NCBI GenBank assembly: GCA_040755455.1
Contig: JBFMAY010000003.1
Span: 1-64,000 of the forward strand
DNA length: 64,000 nt
DNA from: Thermodesulfobacteriota bacterium
GTDB lineage: Bacteria; Desulfobacterota; Desulfobulbia; Desulfobulbales; SURF-16
Direction: 5' to 3'
The notes below the pieces were generated by a model. The model was given only the letters and a program-made list of their open reading frames with translations, had not been told where the DNA came from and searched no databases. Numbering within the stretch: position 1 is the first letter of the stretch; each line of letters opens with the position of its first letter. Below are positions 61,200 through 64,000 of this stretch, piece after piece. The position numbers and the translations under genes were made by a program.

Positions 61200-61354
61200 A
61201 TCACAAGATGGAAACTCAGCTTTCTAACTTGTTGTAAGATAATGTTTTATCAAAGAAGTCGGATACCATAATATAAAAGGAAGGCTAAAAAAATCAGTCA
61301 TTCCCGCTTCTAAATTCCGACTCCCGGCAACTCGTCGCTGAAAGGATATGGGAG

Positions 61355-63436
61355 ATGAAAATATTTCCGGTTAAGCCGGGGTGGAGATATCCCCCCGGCG
61401 CCAAGGTCTCTGCCAAGGGCGTCAATTTCTGTATCTTCTCCAGGCAGGCCACGGCCATGGAGTTGCTGCTCTACAGCGATCCCCACAGCACCGAACCCTT
61501 CCAGGTGGTGACCCTGGACCCCCAGGAAAACCGCACCTTCTTCTTCTGGCATGTCTTTGTCGAAGGACTGCCCGCCGGTGTCTGCTATACGTGGCGGGCC
61601 GACGGGCCCCAAGACACCAGGGTTTCCGGCTGCCGCTTCAATCCGGAAAAGGAGTTGCTCGATCTCTGGACGAAAACCGTCACCGACAACCTGTGGGACA
61701 GGAGCCGGGCGTGCCTGCCCGGCCCGAGCAACGGGCGCAGCATGCGCGCTGTCGTGGTCAAGGAGGAGAACTATGACTGGGAGGGCGATACCCCTCTTTA
61801 CCACAAGCCGGAAAAGACCATCATCTATGAACTCCATGTCGGCGGTTTCACCAAACACGGCTCGGCCAACGTGCCCCACCCCGGCACTTATGCCGGGGTC
61901 ATCGCCAAGATCCCCTACCTCAAGGAACTGGGCATCACCGCGGTTGAGCTGCTGCCGGTCATGGCCTTTGACGAACAGGACCTGCCGGAAAGCGCCCGGC
62001 TGCTCGGCCTGAAAAACTTCTGGGGCTACAGCACCCACAGCTACTACTGCCCCCATCCCCATTACTGCATCAATCCCCTGGCCGAAAACCATATCATTGA
62101 GTTCCGAGACATGGTCAAAGCCCTGCACAAGGCCGACATCGCGGTGATCATGGATGTGGTCTACAACCACACGGCCGAAGGCGGGGAAGACGGCCCGCTG
62201 ATCAACTTCAAGGGCCTGGCCAACAGCGGCTTCTACCACCTGGAGCCCCATGACCGCAGTCTGTACCGCGACTATACCGGCTGCGGCAACACGGTGAACT
62301 GCAATCATCCCCTTGTCGCCCGTTTCATTGTCGACAGCCTTGAATACTGGGTGCGGGACATGCATATCGACGCCTTCCGCTTCGATCTGGCCAGCGTGCT
62401 GGCCCGTGGCATGGACGGCAAACCGGATCATTTCGCCCCGGTGGTATGGAGCATCGAGTTTTCCAACGTGCTGAACCGCACCGGGCTGATCGCCGAGGCC
62501 TGGGACGCCGGCGGACTCTATCAGGTGGGCGACTTTCCCGGCTTCCGCTGGGCGGAGTGGAACGGCCGCTATCGCGACCTGGTCCGCCAGTTCGTCAGGG
62601 GCGACAAGGGAATGATAGGAGAGATGGCGACCCGCTTCTGCGGCAGCAGCGACCTCTATGAACCCTCCGGCCGGCTGCCCATCAACAGCATTAACTTCGT
62701 TACCTGCCATGACGGTTTCACTCTGTGGGACCTGGTCAGCTATAACGAGAAGCACAACGAGGACAACGGCGAGAATAACCGGGACGGCAGCAGTCACAAC
62801 CTGAGCTGGAACTGCGGCGTCGAAGGTGAGACAAAAGATGGGAAAATCCTCGCCCTGCGCCGGCGGCAAGCCAGGAACTTCATGGCTATCCTGCTGCTCA
62901 GCCACGGGGTGCCCATGCTGCTTGCCGGCGACGAGGTGCTGCGCAGCCAGCAGGGTAACAACAACTGCTACTGCCAGGACAATGAACTGGGCTGGTTTGA
63001 CTGGGAGCTGGTTGAGAAAAACCGGGACATGTTCCGCTTTGTCAAGGAGATGATCGCCTTCCGCAAACGCCATCCATGCCTGATGCCCCGCCGTTTCGTC
63101 ACCGGCGGCAAACCAAAAAACACCCGCCTGCCCGACATCACCTGGCACGGCAGGAAACTGGGCAAGCCCGTGTGGAACAACCCGCGGGCGACCTTCCTCG
63201 CCTTCACCCTGGGCGGGACAGGCAAAGAGGAAGACCTGCACGTCATCTTCAACATGTCGGCCAGAACCATGGGCTTTGCCCTGCCCGAAGTGAGCGGCAG
63301 GAAATGGCACCTGGCCATTGATACCCGGGCGGCCAGCCCCGATGACATCAGGCGGCCAGAAGATCAGACGCCGGTTGACAAAAAATACGTCAAGGTGAAG
63401 GCACGAAGTGTGGTGGTGCTGGAAAGCAGGCCTTGA
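61355..63436 (+). CDS. glgX: Glycogen debranching enzyme (isoamylase)
   Basis: GVNFCIFS, IYELHV, NFWGYS, DVVYNHTAE, YTGCGN, FRFDLAS, IAEAWD, NFVTCHDGFTL. Confidence 0.95.
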   Translation: MKIFPVKPGWRYPPGAKVSAKGVNFCIFSRQATAMELLLYSDPHSTEPFQVVTLDPQENRTFFFWHVFVEGLPAGVCYTWRADGPQDTRVSGCRFNPEKELLDLWTKTVTDNLWDRSRACLPGPSNGRSMRAVVVKEENYDWEGDTPLYHKPEKTIIYELHVGGFTKHGSANVPHPGTYAGVIAKIPYLKELGITAVELLPVMAFDEQDLPESARLLGLKNFWGYSTHSYYCPHPHYCINPLAENHIIEFRDMVKALHKADIAVIMDVVYNHTAEGGEDGPLINFKGLANSGFYHLEPHDRSLYRDYTGCGNTVNCNHPLVARFIVDSLEYWVRDMHIDAFRFDLASVLARGMDGKPDHFAPVVWSIEFSNVLNRTGLIAEAWDAGGLYQVGDFPGFRWAEWNGRYRDLVRQFVRGDKGMIGEMATRFCGSSDLYEPSGRLPINSINFVTCHDGFTLWDLVSYNEKHNEDNGENNRDGSSHNLSWNCGVEGETKDGKILALRRRQARNFMAILLLSHGVPMLLAGDEVLRSQQGNNNCYCQDNELGWFDWELVEKNRDMFRFVKEMIAFRKRHPCLMPRRFVTGGKPKNTRLPDITWHGRKLGKPVWNNPRATFLAFTLGGTGKEEDLHVIFNMSARTMGFALPEVSGRKWHLAIDTRAASPDDIRRPEDQTPVDKKYVKVKARSVVVLESRP

Positions 63437-63514
63437 TATCTTTCGATTCCCTATAAGCTGCCAGTGGTTTTCCCTTGCAAATTTTGCAAGTGGTCATGGC
63501 TGTCTAAACATCCT

Positions 63515-63543
63515 TTGACATTTCCCCTTTTTAAGTTTATTTT
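63515..63543 (+). promoter_or_regulatory. Putative sigma70 promoter of the acetate transporter
   Basis: TTGACA-N17-TATTTT. Palindrome CTTGCAAA/TTTGCAAG about 25-40 nt upstream. Confidence 0.5.
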
Positions 63544-63694
63544 CACGGCCATTTGCGTAGAAATACCCAGTGGCAAATCCGTAGGCGAGGCCATCCTGTC
63601 GCTTGTCGATAAGCCGAATCGCGGAACGGGCTGTCATGCGGTACTCCATCCGTTTTTTTTACGATCTGTCATTTTTAACCAGGAGGTACATTTC

Positions 63695-64000
63695 ATGTCC
63701 AATGGACAAACATCTCAAGGAAATCCGGCGGTTGTCGGTCTGGCGGGATTTGCTCTCACCACCATGCTTCTGCAGGTGCACAATATAGGATTGTGTGATA
63801 TCGGCCCCGTTGTGGCCCTTGCCTTTGTTTTCGGCGGATTGGCCCAGATGCTGGCAGGTTTCCAGGAATTCAAATGCGGGAACAACTTCGGCTACAGCGC
63901 TTTTGTATCCTATGGCGCTTTCTGGATTGCCCTCGGCATCATCTTCATGCTCAATCATTTCAACATCTATCACTCCAGCACAACCGATGTGGGATGGTTC
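63695..64000 (+). CDS. satP: Acetate uptake transporter SatP/YaaH (GPR1/FUN34 family), partial
   Basis: Not in the ORF track because it runs off the window. RBS AGGAGG, MSNGQTSQGNPAVVGLAGFALTTMLL..FGGLAQ..GNNFG..SYGAFW. Confidence 0.88.
   Translation, partial: MSNGQTSQGNPAVVGLAGFALTTMLLQVHNIGLCDIGPVVALAFVFGGLAQMLAGFQEFKCGNNFGYSAFVSYGAFWIALGIIFMLNHFNIYHSSTTDVGWF

Noticed and set aside
61310..63310. 666-aa antisense ORF over glgX, and similar ones over pyk, valS, dxs, manC and the Mo subunit
   Set aside because: Antisense shadows caused by codon bias, fully overlapping well-supported genes and lacking domain motifs.
63572..63600. CGTAGGCGAGGC resembling the start of an M-box (ykoK) riboswitch
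   Set aside because: The remaining conserved M-box elements are not visible and the downstream gene is not a Mg transporter.
1..64000. CRISPR arrays, rRNA, tRNA (including tRNA-Sec), prophage or defence systems
   Set aside because: No regularly spaced repeats or recognisable RNA gene signatures seen by eye. A tRNAscan-SE/Infernal run would be needed to exclude them formally.

Overview
A gene-dense, mostly housekeeping chromosomal segment. Gene content (periplasmic multiheme cytochrome, Psr/Phs-like Mo enzyme, IspH-UbiA fusion, CooC) suggests an anaerobic Desulfobacterota member, possibly Desulfobulbales-like; this taxonomy is inference. It holds about 50 CDS: a diguanylate cyclase next to a probable IS end, a TorD-PsrA-PsrB-like cluster without a membrane subunit, hom/apgM, tolQRAB-cpoB (pal lies 29 kb away), ppsA and its regulator, cheV, glgB/glgP/glgX/pyk, a 10-gene minus-strand run (namZ, manC, ate-like, ispH-ubiA, ftsY, djlA-like, aminotransferase, QTMAN/GTDC1-like glycosyltransferase and two more), xerC-hslVU, xseB-ispA-dxs, valS, two exported beta-carbonic anhydrases and a PR-1-like CAP protein. 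The standout is that ORFs 9148..10128 and 10156..10512 are in the same frame, separated only by one TGA (10126-10128) followed by a SECIS-like hairpin. They most likely form one 447-aa exported pentaheme c-type cytochrome selenoprotein (Sec at codon 320, ExtKL-like), stand-alone here and about 3.5 kb from the Psr-like cluster. I recognised no rRNA, tRNA or CRISPR array. All calls rest on motif recognition by eye, with no database searches.
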